From Candidatus Saccharimonadota bacterium (lineage in GTDB: Bacteria; Patescibacteriota; Saccharimonadia; Saccharimonadales; Saccharimonadaceae): a stretch of DNA of 32,000 bases. Below are positions 1 to 7,113 of this stretch, piece by piece. Positions within the stretch are counted from its first letter, which is position 1. Every line of letters starts with the position of its first letter. The notes below the pieces were generated by a model. It searched no databases and had not been told where the DNA came from. It saw nothing but the letters and a program-made list of their open reading frames with translations. Made by a program: the position numbers and the translations under genes. The DNA lies in assembly GCF_025273655.1 (NCBI RefSeq), contig NZ_CP045921.1, positions 150,001 to 182,000 of the forward strand, given 5' to 3'.

Positions 1-159
1 CAGTACCCGAAGTCTCGGGTGGTGCCGCTTGCCACTCTGCCTACCGTGGCTCGGCCGGTAATTCGTAAACTCATTGGCTCGATCTCGGAAGACGATCGAG
101 TGATGATGCGACTCGACGCTGAGCGTGAGACGGGTCGCGTGTCTGGGCTGCTGCAGTAA
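1..159 (+). CDS. 3' end of an unidentified GC-rich CDS (partial, continues upstream of window)
   Basis: Frame 1 is open from base 1 to TAA at 157-159 (…VIRKLIGSISEDDRVMMRLDAERETGRVSGLLQ*) and is followed by a hairpin. No recognisable family motif. Confidence 0.3.
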   Translation, partial: QYPKSRVVPLATLPTVARPVIRKLIGSISEDDRVMMRLDAERETGRVSGLLQ

Positions 160-192
160 CACTAGCGGACTCTCTGGAGAGCTCGTCGACTA

Positions 193-247
193 GGAACTCG
201 CCAACGTATTGTTGGGATGAGCGGCCTAGTTGGCGAGCTCCTTTTCG
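193..247. terminator. Hairpin between convergent genes (GGAACTCGCCAAC / GTTGGCGAGCTCC, 1 mismatch, 23-nt loop) followed by TTTT
   Basis: Arms at 193-205 and 229-241 were read directly. The T-run is at 242-245. It sits between the stop of the partial + CDS (159) and the stop of the - strand SGNH gene (255). Confidence 0.4.
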
Positions 248-254
248 TATCTGC

Positions 255-1124
255 TTATAGAGAGTTGTAGATCAGATTTGCTATAGCGCTGCTGCCGAGA
301 GGGGTGGGGTGGCGTGTCTGATATAGCGAAGCGGGGGCGTCGCCATTGAACCAGCGCTCAGAACCGCTACAGACATCGTGGCCGTTTTGGGCTGGCGTGT
401 CGACATCGACAAAAGTTACACCTTGATTATCTGCGGCAGTCTTGAGCGTGCCATTGAACTGAGCGAAGAAACCGGTAACAATGGGTCCGTCGGCATTGCT
501 ATAGCCTGCCTGGAACGCACATCCAGTGGAGTCGTAGAGTCCGCCATGACCAACAAGTACTACTTGTGCAGTCGGTGCACGATTTTTTACTACCTGTAAG
601 ACTTCTTCTACTTTTGGCTGTAATCCAGCCAACGCAGTAGCGATTGATGGTTGTAGATTTTGATCATCTCGGCACTTGCGGTCTATGCCGGGTATCATGC
701 TGATACATTTGTCCACGAATTGCGACCAACCGATGTCGTTTCCGCCGATAGAAACTGTGACAAGGTTGGTGTCACTCGTAACGGCGTCAATCTGTACTGG
801 CACCGAGGCGAGCAGTGTTCGCTGTGGTGAGCTGAGGATATTTTCTGTTTTTGCTGCGGTGCACGATTTGTCTATCAAAGTGGCGCCAAGGCGTCCGGCG
901 AGGACTTTGGGGTACGATGACGAGGTTTGTCCGCAACCATTGCCTGTGAGTACTGATGTGTACGTAGGTGCGGCTGCTCGGGAATCTCCAAGTGCAACAT
1001 ACCTCACCGGCGCTTGGGGTGGGGCTGCAAACAGAGTGTGTGCAGCGAGTAGCGAAACCAGGCTTGCGATCCCGAGCACAAGTGCAATGAATAGATTGGT
1101 ACGATAACGATATCTAGTATTCAT
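255..1124 (-). CDS. Secreted SGNH/GDSL-family hydrolase (lipase/esterase), actinobacterial type
   Basis: 289 aa with an N-terminal signal peptide (LFIALVLGIASLVSLLAAHTLFA). Block I is VALGDSRAA (GDS nucleophile), block III is SIGGNDIG, block V is HPTPLGSSAIA. Multiple Cys pairs are typical of secreted enzymes. RBS GAGGAGG lies upstream of the ATG on the minus strand. GC-rich. Confidence 0.8.
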   Translation of the reverse strand: MNTRYRYRTNLFIALVLGIASLVSLLAAHTLFAAPPQAPVRYVALGDSRAAAPTYTSVLTGNGCGQTSSSYPKVLAGRLGATLIDKSCTAAKTENILSSPQRTLLASVPVQIDAVTSDTNLVTVSIGGNDIGWSQFVDKCISMIPGIDRKCRDDQNLQPSIATALAGLQPKVEEVLQVVKNRAPTAQVVLVGHGGLYDSTGCAFQAGYSNADGPIVTGFFAQFNGTLKTAADNQGVTFVDVDTPAQNGHDVCSGSERWFNGDAPASLYQTRHPTPLGSSAIANLIYNSL

Positions 1125-1230
1125 GGGACCTCCTCTACGTAGTACTTACTATCTATTGTACGCGAATTAGCGCAGTTGAATAAAAGAATCTTCAAAAGCC
1201 TCGAGACTGGATTTTTCCACAGGTCTAGTG

Positions 1231-1236
1231 TATAAT
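1231..1236 (+). promoter_or_regulatory. Candidate -10 box (TATAAT, preceded by GTG) for the rpsF-ssb-rpsR operon
   Basis: TATAAT read at 1231-1236, about 70 nt upstream of the rpsF start. No convincing -35 box was found. Confidence 0.3.
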
Positions 1237-1305
1237 TACTAGTGTTATTAACTCGGCCTGTACAGTGATACAAGCATCCAATAGGATTCCAGAGGAGGAA
1301 ATCTA

Positions 1306-1659
1306 GTGAAAGAATACGAATTAACCGTACTCATTCACCCCGACCTCGAGGCAGATATCGAGAAGCCACTTGCGAAAGTGCGCGATATCGTCAAGAGTGC
1401 CGGTGGTGAAATTACCAAAGAAGATAACTGGGGCAAGAAGAAGCTTGCGTACAGTATCAAGCGTGAAGATTTCGCAGTGTATGTCTACATGGACGTCAAG
1501 CTGCCAGCCGATGCGCCTTTGAAGATCAGCAACACGCTCAACATCACCGAGGAAGTACTACGCTACCTACTGGTAACTGTCGACGAGAAGGGTCGCGCGC
1601 TCATCGCTGAAGACAAGAAGCGTGCTGCCGATCAGGGTGAAGACGTAGAAGAGAAGTAG
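1306..1659 (+). CDS. rpsF: 30S ribosomal protein bS6
   Basis: GTG start 7 nt after GAGGAGG (1292-1298). MKEYELTVLIHPDL…NWGKKKLAYSIK is a typical S6 sequence. The conserved rpsF-ssb-rpsR order follows. Confidence 0.95.
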   Translation: MKEYELTVLIHPDLEADIEKPLAKVRDIVKSAGGEITKEDNWGKKKLAYSIKREDFAVYVYMDVKLPADAPLKISNTLNITEEVLRYLLVTVDEKGRALIAEDKKRAADQGEDVEEK

Positions 1660-1690
1660 TTAGGAATATAGGGAGTAAGGGAGTTAGACT

Positions 1691-2125
1691 ATGGCACGAG
1701 GAATCAATCAAGTAATACTGATGGGACGTCTTACGCGAGACCCAGAAGTTCGCACTACCGGTAGCGGCAAGAGTGTTACCAGCTTCAGCTTGGCAGTCGA
1801 CCGCGGCGGCCAAGATGATCAAGCAGACTTCTTCGATGTGACTGCATGGGAGAAGACCGGTGAACTGGTCGCGCAGTATCTGAGTAAGGGTCGTCGCTGC
1901 CTTGTGCAGGGGCGCTTGCGCCAGGACAGCTGGGACGACAAAGATACCGGCAAGAAGCGTACTCGCGTGGAAGTTGTTGCGTTTGACGTGACCTTCCTCG
2001 ACGGACCAAACGGTGACGGTGGAGGAAGCCAAGGCGGCTCATCGGCACCACGACAGCAAACCAAGGATGTCGCACCAGAGAATATCGATGATAAACCCAT
2101 CGACCTGAGCGAGATTCCTTTCTAG
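1691..2125 (+). CDS. ssb: Single-stranded DNA-binding protein
   Basis: The OB-fold N-terminus MARGINQVILMGRLTRDPEVRTT…SFSLAV is followed by a Gly-rich linker and the acidic C-terminal tip DLSEIPF. Confidence 0.95.
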   Translation: MARGINQVILMGRLTRDPEVRTTGSGKSVTSFSLAVDRGGQDDQADFFDVTAWEKTGELVAQYLSKGRRCLVQGRLRQDSWDDKDTGKKRTRVEVVAFDVTFLDGPNGDGGGSQGGSSAPRQQTKDVAPENIDDKPIDLSEIPF

Positions 2126-2151
2126 TAAGTTTTCAAAGATAAAGGAATTTT

Positions 2152-2349
2152 ATGAAACGATTCAAAAAAGATACGCCTGCGTATTTTGACTACAAAGATG
2201 TGAAGACGCTGCTGCGTTACATCGATCCATACGGCAAGATTGAGCCAATCGGCAAAACTGGCTTGAGCGTGAAGCAACAGCGCCAGCTCGCGACCGCTAT
2301 CAAGCGTGCGCGCCACTTGGCACTTCTGCCATTTGTCACTAGCAACTAG
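2152..2349 (+). CDS. rpsR: 30S ribosomal protein bS18
   Basis: 65 aa. [19 protein letters not shown]…[18 protein letters not shown] is a canonical S18 core. Confidence 0.95.
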   Translation: MKRFKKDTPAYFDYKDVKTLLRYIDPYGKIEPIGKTGLSVKQQRQLATAIKRARHLALLPFVTSN

Positions 2350-2421
2350 TTGGCAGATAGTAGAGCGCACTCTCCGGGGTGCGTTCGCTCTATCCGCGAA
2401 ATATAACGAAGGAGAATATGC

Positions 2422-2982
2422 ATGTACCAACCAACTGATCTCAAAAAAGGAACCGTTTGCCAGATCGACGGTAAACCATACCGCGTCGTCGAGTACGGCC
2501 AGAAGGTGATGGGGCGCGGCGGTTCTATCGTCAACGTCAAACTCAAGAACCTGATCGACGGCAGTGTGATTCCAAAGACGTTCAAAGGCCAGGAAAAGAT
2601 CGAACCGGCAGAAGTGAATAACAAAACTGTGCAGTACTTGTATCAAAGTGGCGACGCGTTTAACTTCATGGATCCAGAGAGTTTCGAGCAGTTTGAGCTG
2701 GGTGCTGATGTGGTAGATAGCGCGGCCGATTATCTAAAAGAAGGTGATGAGCTGACGCTGCAGTTCTTTGGCGATAAAGTGATCAACGTGGAGCTGCCAA
2801 AAAATCTGTATCTCGAAGTGACATACGCCGAGGACGTCGTGAAGGGTGATACGACGAGCAGCGTATTGAAAGATGCCACACTAGAGACCGGCAAAGTCGT
2901 GAAGGTACCGTCATTTATCAAGACGGGCGATATCATCTCGGTCGATACTGCTACGGGCGAGTATCGCGAACGCAAGAAGTAA
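2422..2982 (+). CDS. efp: Translation elongation factor P
   Basis: 186 aa. The N-terminus DLKKGTVCQIDGKPYRVVEYGQKVMGRGGSIVNVKLKNL is typical of EF-P. RBS GAAGGAG at 2409-2415. Confidence 0.95.
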   Translation: MYQPTDLKKGTVCQIDGKPYRVVEYGQKVMGRGGSIVNVKLKNLIDGSVIPKTFKGQEKIEPAEVNNKTVQYLYQSGDAFNFMDPESFEQFELGADVVDSAADYLKEGDELTLQFFGDKVINVELPKNLYLEVTYAEDVVKGDTTSSVLKDATLETGKVVKVPSFIKTGDIISVDTATGEYRERKK

Positions 2983-2983
2983 C

Positions 2984-3475
2984 ATGAATATGGCGACTGA
3001 ACGACTGATGGCTGCGGTGCCAGTAGAGCCCGTGGAGGTTGGCCCTGTAGATTCGTGGCCATCTCACATCACGCTCGTGCCATGGTTTGATCTTGTGCAG
3101 TCGCGCTGGGAGGCATTTGATCAAGCATTCCAAGAAGAAGAAATAGTATGGGATTTGGATGCACGTGTACACGTGGTGAAGAAAGATACTTTTGGTACTG
3201 ATGAAAATCCGGTGACCGTATCACGTTTATTCGGTATTATGTCCGTATTGGCGCATTCACGGACAGCTGGCTTGGTAAAAGATTTTGGCGGCAGTTTCGA
3301 TGAGACATATACAGGCAGGGAGTGGCACGCACATATCACCGATAAACCGGGTCGAGTGTTCGAGGAAGGTGCTTCCATAGAAACTTCATCAATTGCCATA
3401 TTTCAAAAACAAGCCGGCGAGAAAATCATCAAGCAAGTGTATGAGCGACCAGTGATAACTAAGAATTACCAGTAA
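2984..3475 (+). CDS. Putative 2H phosphoesterase superfamily protein (LigT/2'-5' RNA ligase-like)
   Basis: 163 aa with two H-x-T motifs at the expected spacing (SHITLV at aa 27-32, HAHITD at aa 115-120). The ATG is 1 nt after the efp stop, suggesting translational coupling. Confidence 0.5.
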   Translation: MNMATERLMAAVPVEPVEVGPVDSWPSHITLVPWFDLVQSRWEAFDQAFQEEEIVWDLDARVHVVKKDTFGTDENPVTVSRLFGIMSVLAHSRTAGLVKDFGGSFDETYTGREWHAHITDKPGRVFEEGASIETSSIAIFQKQAGEKIIKQVYERPVITKNYQ

Positions 3476-3487
3476 AAATGCTTACAC

Positions 3488-3516
3488 TTGCACATTGCGT
3501 GCCTCAGGCGTATGCT
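3488..3516 (+). promoter_or_regulatory. Candidate sigma70-type promoter for lipase 1 (TTGCAC-17 nt-TATGCT)
   Basis: Hexamers read at 3488-3493 and 3511-3516 with 17-nt spacing, about 80 nt upstream of the ATG at 3594. Confidence 0.3.
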
Positions 3517-3593
3517 TGGGGCGCGTTTGGTAGGGTGAATAGTCGCTAGCGCCAAACACGTTCTTTACATCCTCGCACTCAAAGGAGAGGGAT

Positions 3594-4862
3594 ATGCGAG
3601 CGAAGATCAGTGGTGTGATTGTTGTGATCGCTGTGTTGCTACTCATCGCTACTACAGCTGGTCGAGCATCGGCTCTGCCTGGCGTAGACGATGTTGTACC
3701 GGCGCCGAACTATGATGTGGCACAGGCGATGTTGCCGACGCCCACGGGCGATCCGTTTTTTGACCGTACTCCGCCAGGTCTGGCAAGTATGAAACCGGGG
3801 CAGGTGATCGCGATACGCGATGTGTCGTGGCCGGGCAAGGTGTTTACCTTGTGGCAGGCGCAGCGTGTGGTGCAGGTCAAGTTTCGTAGTACGGACGCAA
3901 AAGGGCGGCCGAGCTACGGTACGGCGACTATCATCATGCCGCCGGGAGATATCACGAATCGTCCGGTACTGGTGAACAATCTTCCGATCGATGCGCTCGG
4001 GGCGAAGTGCACCCCAAGCTACGCGTTGGCACACGGATACGATCCACTCACCACCAGCGCTACCGACTATGTGCCACCGACGACACTCCTCGCGATCAAG
4101 CGGGGTTATGTGGCGCTACTGCCGGATCATCAGGGGCCGAAGATGGCCTACGCGGAACCAGTGGTGGCAGGGCATATGATTCTGGATGCCGTACGCGCCA
4201 TGCGTTCTGTTGAGCCGGCGCTCGCCGAGAGTCGTTTTGGTATGACAGGCTATAGTGGCGGAGCGATTGCCACTAATGGTGCGGCCAAACTGCTGCCCGA
4301 ATACGCTCCAGAGCTTGCACGCCAAGCTGTCGGTGCGGCTCTCGGTGGCACACCTGTGGATGCACGTGTGCTGGTGGGGAGCATGTCTCCCTGGTACAAC
4401 TGGGCCAAGGGATTGTTTGTCGCGGGAGTGTACGGAATCTCTCGGGAAAACCCAGAGATTCTGGATGGAGTGAACAATCTCGGCAAGTGGGCCGCCCCCA
4501 TCTTCCGTGATCTGTGCACGGTTCCGGCCGCCATGTTGGGGCCGCTCACGATTCCCGTAGAGGCGGTGTCGGCTATACCCGATCCGTTTCGCTCTCCACT
4601 GGCTCAAAAGATCTATCGGCACTTCAACATGCCAGGCAAGCGCTACGGCATGCCGATGTATGTGTACAACGGGGCCCAGGAATTTTGGATCCCGGCTATC
4701 ATGGCGCAGCACCTGTACGCAGAGCAGTGCCGTCTAGGGGTGCGCGCTGTGTTGCGACTGGCGCCGGGCGAGCATGCCATCGCCGCAGTGACGGGATTGC
4801 CAGGTGCGCTCCAGTGGCTCGACGCACGGCTGCAGGGCGTGTCCGCCCCCAACGAGTGTTAG
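3594..4862 (+). CDS. Secreted lipase, LIP (CalA-like) family, paralog 1
   Basis: 422 aa. Signal peptide VIVVIAVLLLIATTAGRASA. N-terminal block GDPFFDRTPPGL…PGQVIAIRDV. Block GYVALLPDHQG. Nucleophile elbow GYSGG (MTGYSGGAIA). C-terminal GEH. RBS AAAGGAGAGGG. GC-rich (58% in line 4261-4320). Confidence 0.8.
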   Translation: MRAKISGVIVVIAVLLLIATTAGRASALPGVDDVVPAPNYDVAQAMLPTPTGDPFFDRTPPGLASMKPGQVIAIRDVSWPGKVFTLWQAQRVVQVKFRSTDAKGRPSYGTATIIMPPGDITNRPVLVNNLPIDALGAKCTPSYALAHGYDPLTTSATDYVPPTTLLAIKRGYVALLPDHQGPKMAYAEPVVAGHMILDAVRAMRSVEPALAESRFGMTGYSGGAIATNGAAKLLPEYAPELARQAVGAALGGTPVDARVLVGSMSPWYNWAKGLFVAGVYGISRENPEILDGVNNLGKWAAPIFRDLCTVPAAMLGPLTIPVEAVSAIPDPFRSPLAQKIYRHFNMPGKRYGMPMYVYNGAQEFWIPAIMAQHLYAEQCRLGVRAVLRLAPGEHAIAAVTGLPGALQWLDARLQGVSAPNEC

Positions 4863-4891
4863 AGGATTGAGAGAGTAGTTCTCCCTCACAC

Positions 4892-4927
4892 ATGAACCCT
4901 GGTGGACGTATGTCCACCAGGGTTCAT
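4892..4927 (+). terminator. Perfect 16-bp hairpin (ATGAACCCTGGTGGAC-GTAT-GTCCACCAGGGTTCAT) 30 nt after the lipase-1 stop
   Basis: Arms 4892-4907 and 4912-4927 were read directly, with a 4-nt loop. There is no strong U-tract. Confidence 0.6.
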
Positions 4928-4930
4928 TAA

Positions 4931-4959
4931 TTGTGTAAATACATAAAATATGATATAAT
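4931..4959 (+). promoter_or_regulatory. Candidate promoter for lipase 2: TTGTGT-17 nt-TATAAT with extended -10 (TGaTATAAT)
   Basis: The -35 box is at 4931-4936 and TGATATAAT at 4951-4959. It lies in a very AT-rich segment of about 45 nt inside a GC-rich region. Confidence 0.45.
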
Positions 4960-4968
4960 TTATATTAT

Positions 4969-5000
4969 ACCAGGGTTCAGATAACCCTGGTTGTTGTTTT
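4969..5000 (+). promoter_or_regulatory. Terminator-like stem-loop in the lipase-2 leader (ACCAGGGTT-CAGAT-AACCCTGGT + TGTTGTTTT)
   Basis: The 9-bp stem is at 4969-4977 and 4983-4991, with a U-rich tail at 4992-5000. It lies between the predicted -10 (4954-4959) and the RBS (5013-5021). It reuses the same half-site as the hairpin at 4892-4927. Confidence 0.5.
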
Positions 5001-5024
5001 ACACCTTCTCGAGTAAGGAGAGAT

Positions 5025-6311
5025 ATGCACAAGCGATACGTGACTCGCGTCGTGACGATAGTGGCTGCGCTCGGCCTGGTGTTGGGCCTTTCGCTCGACA
5101 CTGCGCCGACGCAGGCGAAGCCCATTGCTCCTGAGGCCATGCAAGTGGCAGCTGTCGCCAATACGTTGGGCTCGACAGCCGAGGAGCTACAGACTGCATT
5201 GCAGATTCTTGCCACGGGTCAGGCTCGGCCGCGCTTACTCAAACCAGATCGATTGGCCGACAGCTTTTTTGATCGGCCGGCGAACGTGAGCGGTGTACCA
5301 GGTGTGGTGGTGGCAGCACGAGATATCTCGCCGAGAGCTTCGGCGAGTGTGGGTGTGCGCGTTCGTGCGACGCAGTACAAGTTCGTCACCCGTGATAGTC
5401 ACGGCGTAGCGGACTGGGCGACGGCAACGTTGCTGCTGCCGGTTGCGATGAGTAAGCCCCAGCATATACTGGTGTTCAACGATGCCACGGATTCGCTCGG
5501 GTTGCGGTGTCAGCCCGGTGCCAAGTTGGCATCGGGTCGGCAGTTTGATCTGGCGTGGGGCCTCAAGCAAGGCTTCGGCGTGCTCGTGCCAGATCACGAT
5601 GGTCTGGATAGCGAGTATGCCGCGACCAGGCAAACCGGGCATATTGTGCTCGACGCCATGCGGGTCGCCTCGCGAGTGCATCCGAACGCTGATTTCATCA
5701 ACGTCGGGTATTCAGGCGGCGGTCTGTCCAATTACGGCGCGAGCATGTTCCAGCAGGAGTATGCACCCGAGCTGAACGGCCGTGTGACGGCCTACTTCTC
5801 GGGTGGCACACCGGCAAACTTGTCGGCTGTGGTGGCGCAGATGGACGGCGACTTCGTCGACAGCGGAATCTTGTTTGCCGCCGTGTTAGGTATCTCGCGT
5901 GAGTACCCGCAGGTCTACACGCTGTATCGCCCGATTGGCTTGGCTGTGGGCTACCTGATGCGCAATGCGTGTCTGGAAGAGTTCGGCGCGCTGGGCTTGC
6001 TCAGCTTGCCAATTGACACATTCGCCACACCGCGTGCGCTGTACTCTGCGACTGCGCGTGCGGTGTTTGCCGATACCGATCTCGTCGGCCATGGCCGTGT
6101 GATTCCGGCAGACCTGCTGGTGTACCACTCGGCTGGGGACGAGATGATTCCGTATCCTCAGGCGCTGCGTTGGTACCAGGAGCAACAATCGTCGGCGGCT
6201 CCGGGACGCGCTCGACTGCTCTGGACTGGCAGCGGTACGCACAGCCACTACGGTCAGCGCATGCAATCAGTTCTGCAGCATAGAATCTTGACCCACTACT
6301 GGCAAAACTAG
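5025..6311 (+). CDS. Secreted lipase, LIP (CalA-like) family, paralog 2
   Basis: 428 aa. Signal peptide VVTIVAALGLVLGLSL. Blocks GFGVLVPDHDG, GHIVLDAMR, the nucleophile elbow VGYSGGGLS, and SAGDEMIP. It aligns block by block with the ORF at 3594-4862. RBS TAAGGAGAG. Confidence 0.8.
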   Translation: MHKRYVTRVVTIVAALGLVLGLSLDTAPTQAKPIAPEAMQVAAVANTLGSTAEELQTALQILATGQARPRLLKPDRLADSFFDRPANVSGVPGVVVAARDISPRASASVGVRVRATQYKFVTRDSHGVADWATATLLLPVAMSKPQHILVFNDATDSLGLRCQPGAKLASGRQFDLAWGLKQGFGVLVPDHDGLDSEYAATRQTGHIVLDAMRVASRVHPNADFINVGYSGGGLSNYGASMFQQEYAPELNGRVTAYFSGGTPANLSAVVAQMDGDFVDSGILFAAVLGISREYPQVYTLYRPIGLAVGYLMRNACLEEFGALGLLSLPIDTFATPRALYSATARAVFADTDLVGHGRVIPADLLVYHSAGDEMIPYPQALRWYQEQQSSAAPGRARLLWTGSGTHSHYGQRMQSVLQHRILTHYWQN

Positions 6312-6324
6312 GGAGGTGAACAAC

Positions 6325-6364
6325 GGTGCCGAACTTCGTGAGGGAACTCACGGAGTTCGGCACC
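6325..6364 (+). terminator. 18-bp hairpin (GGTGCCGAACTTCGTGAG-GGAA-CTCACGGAGTTCGGCACC, one G.U) after lipase 2
   Basis: Read directly. It starts 14 nt after the stop at 6311. No U-tract. Confidence 0.6.
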
Positions 6365-6390
6365 AACACTCCAGATACGTTACAATATAT

Positions 6391-7113
6391 ATGATGAAAA
6401 CACGACTTGACGCGTATTTGACGCACCACAAACTTGTCCCCACGCGCTCACAGGCCGAGGGGACGATTCGACTTGGTAACGTGACTGTAAATGGTAGGGT
6501 GGTTACCAAGCCGGGCACATTTGTGGGTGACAAAGACGACGTGAAGTTGCAGGAAAAGGAGCGCTACGTGAGTAGGGCAGGACTCAAGCTGGCCAGCGTG
6601 GCGCAGCTGCTAGGTGTGGATTTTCGGGGTAGAACTGTGCTGGATGTCGGGTCAAGTACTGGTGGATTTACCGACTATGCGTTGCAGCATGGCGCCACAA
6701 AAGTGTGGGCGGTGGACGTGGGGACAGAGCAGTTGCATCCGAGCCTGCGCAGCGACGTACGTATCGATCTGCACGAAAAGACAGATATACGCGATTTCAT
6801 AATGACAGACAAACCAGATGTCGTGGTGATGGACGTATCGTTTATTAGCTTACGCGAGATTCTACCCCATATAGCTACGGAGTTGAGCAACAAAAATACT
6901 CAGATAGTTGCCATGCTCAAGCCCCAGTTCGAGGCAGGTAAACACCAGGTGAACAAAGGCGTGATTAAAAATGATTCCGTGCGACGGAAGATACTGAAAG
7001 ATTTTGAAGATTGGTCACACCAGTATTTTGTAATTCAGGACAAGCGTGACAGTGAAGTAGCTGGTACGAAGGGGAATCGTGAGCGCTTCTACTTACTACG
7101 CACTACACATTGA
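6391..7113 (+). CDS. tlyA: TlyA-family rRNA 2'-O-methyltransferase (S4 + FtsJ-like domains)
   Basis: MMKTRLDAYLTHHKLVPTRSQAEGTIRLGNVTVNG is the S4 domain. LDVGSSTGGFTDYALQHGA…AVDVG is the SAM-binding site. The 25 codons upstream in the ORF (from 6316) cover the terminator hairpin and are rejected. TACAAT at 6381-6386 is directly upstream. Confidence 0.85.
   Translation: MMKTRLDAYLTHHKLVPTRSQAEGTIRLGNVTVNGRVVTKPGTFVGDKDDVKLQEKERYVSRAGLKLASVAQLLGVDFRGRTVLDVGSSTGGFTDYALQHGATKVWAVDVGTEQLHPSLRSDVRIDLHEKTDIRDFIMTDKPDVVVMDVSFISLREILPHIATELSNKNTQIVAMLKPQFEAGKHQVNKGVIKNDSVRRKILKDFEDWSHQYFVIQDKRDSEVAGTKGNRERFYLLRTTH

Noticed and set aside
1237-1305. Possible structured rpsF leader (S6:S18-binding autoregulatory RNA) in the roughly 70-nt 5' UTR
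   Set aside because: I could not identify a convincing conserved fold by eye. A covariance-model search is needed before this can be claimed.
2361-2392. Imperfect hairpin between rpsR and efp (TAGAGCG-CAC … GTG-cgtt-CGCTCTA)
   Set aside because: It has a bulged stem and no U-tract, and the downstream efp has its own RBS close by. It may be a weak attenuator, but the evidence is insufficient to annotate it.
6316-6390. N-terminal extension of the tlyA ORF, and similar extensions at 25164-25220 (pilin), 26666-26728 (minor pilin) and 8818-8892 (SLATT-like)
   Set aside because: The extensions cover terminator hairpins, promoters or the upstream gene, and they add residues ahead of canonical N-termini (S4 domain, class III signal peptides). 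Internal starts have better RBS or promoter context.
3639-6429. Many long antisense or alternative-frame ORFs inside the lipase genes (e.g. 4116-4712 -, 4514-4870 +, 5235-5681 -, 5886-6266 -, 6001-6429 -)
   Set aside because: These are typical stop-codon-poor shadow ORFs of GC-rich DNA. Their products are Arg/Pro/Ala/Ser-rich and low in complexity, they have no RBS, and they are fully nested in ORFs that carry clear family motifs.
7103-7113. 11-nt convergent overlap of the tlyA and ychF 3' ends
   Set aside because: The overlap is real but is an unremarkable consequence of genome compaction, and no additional signal was seen.
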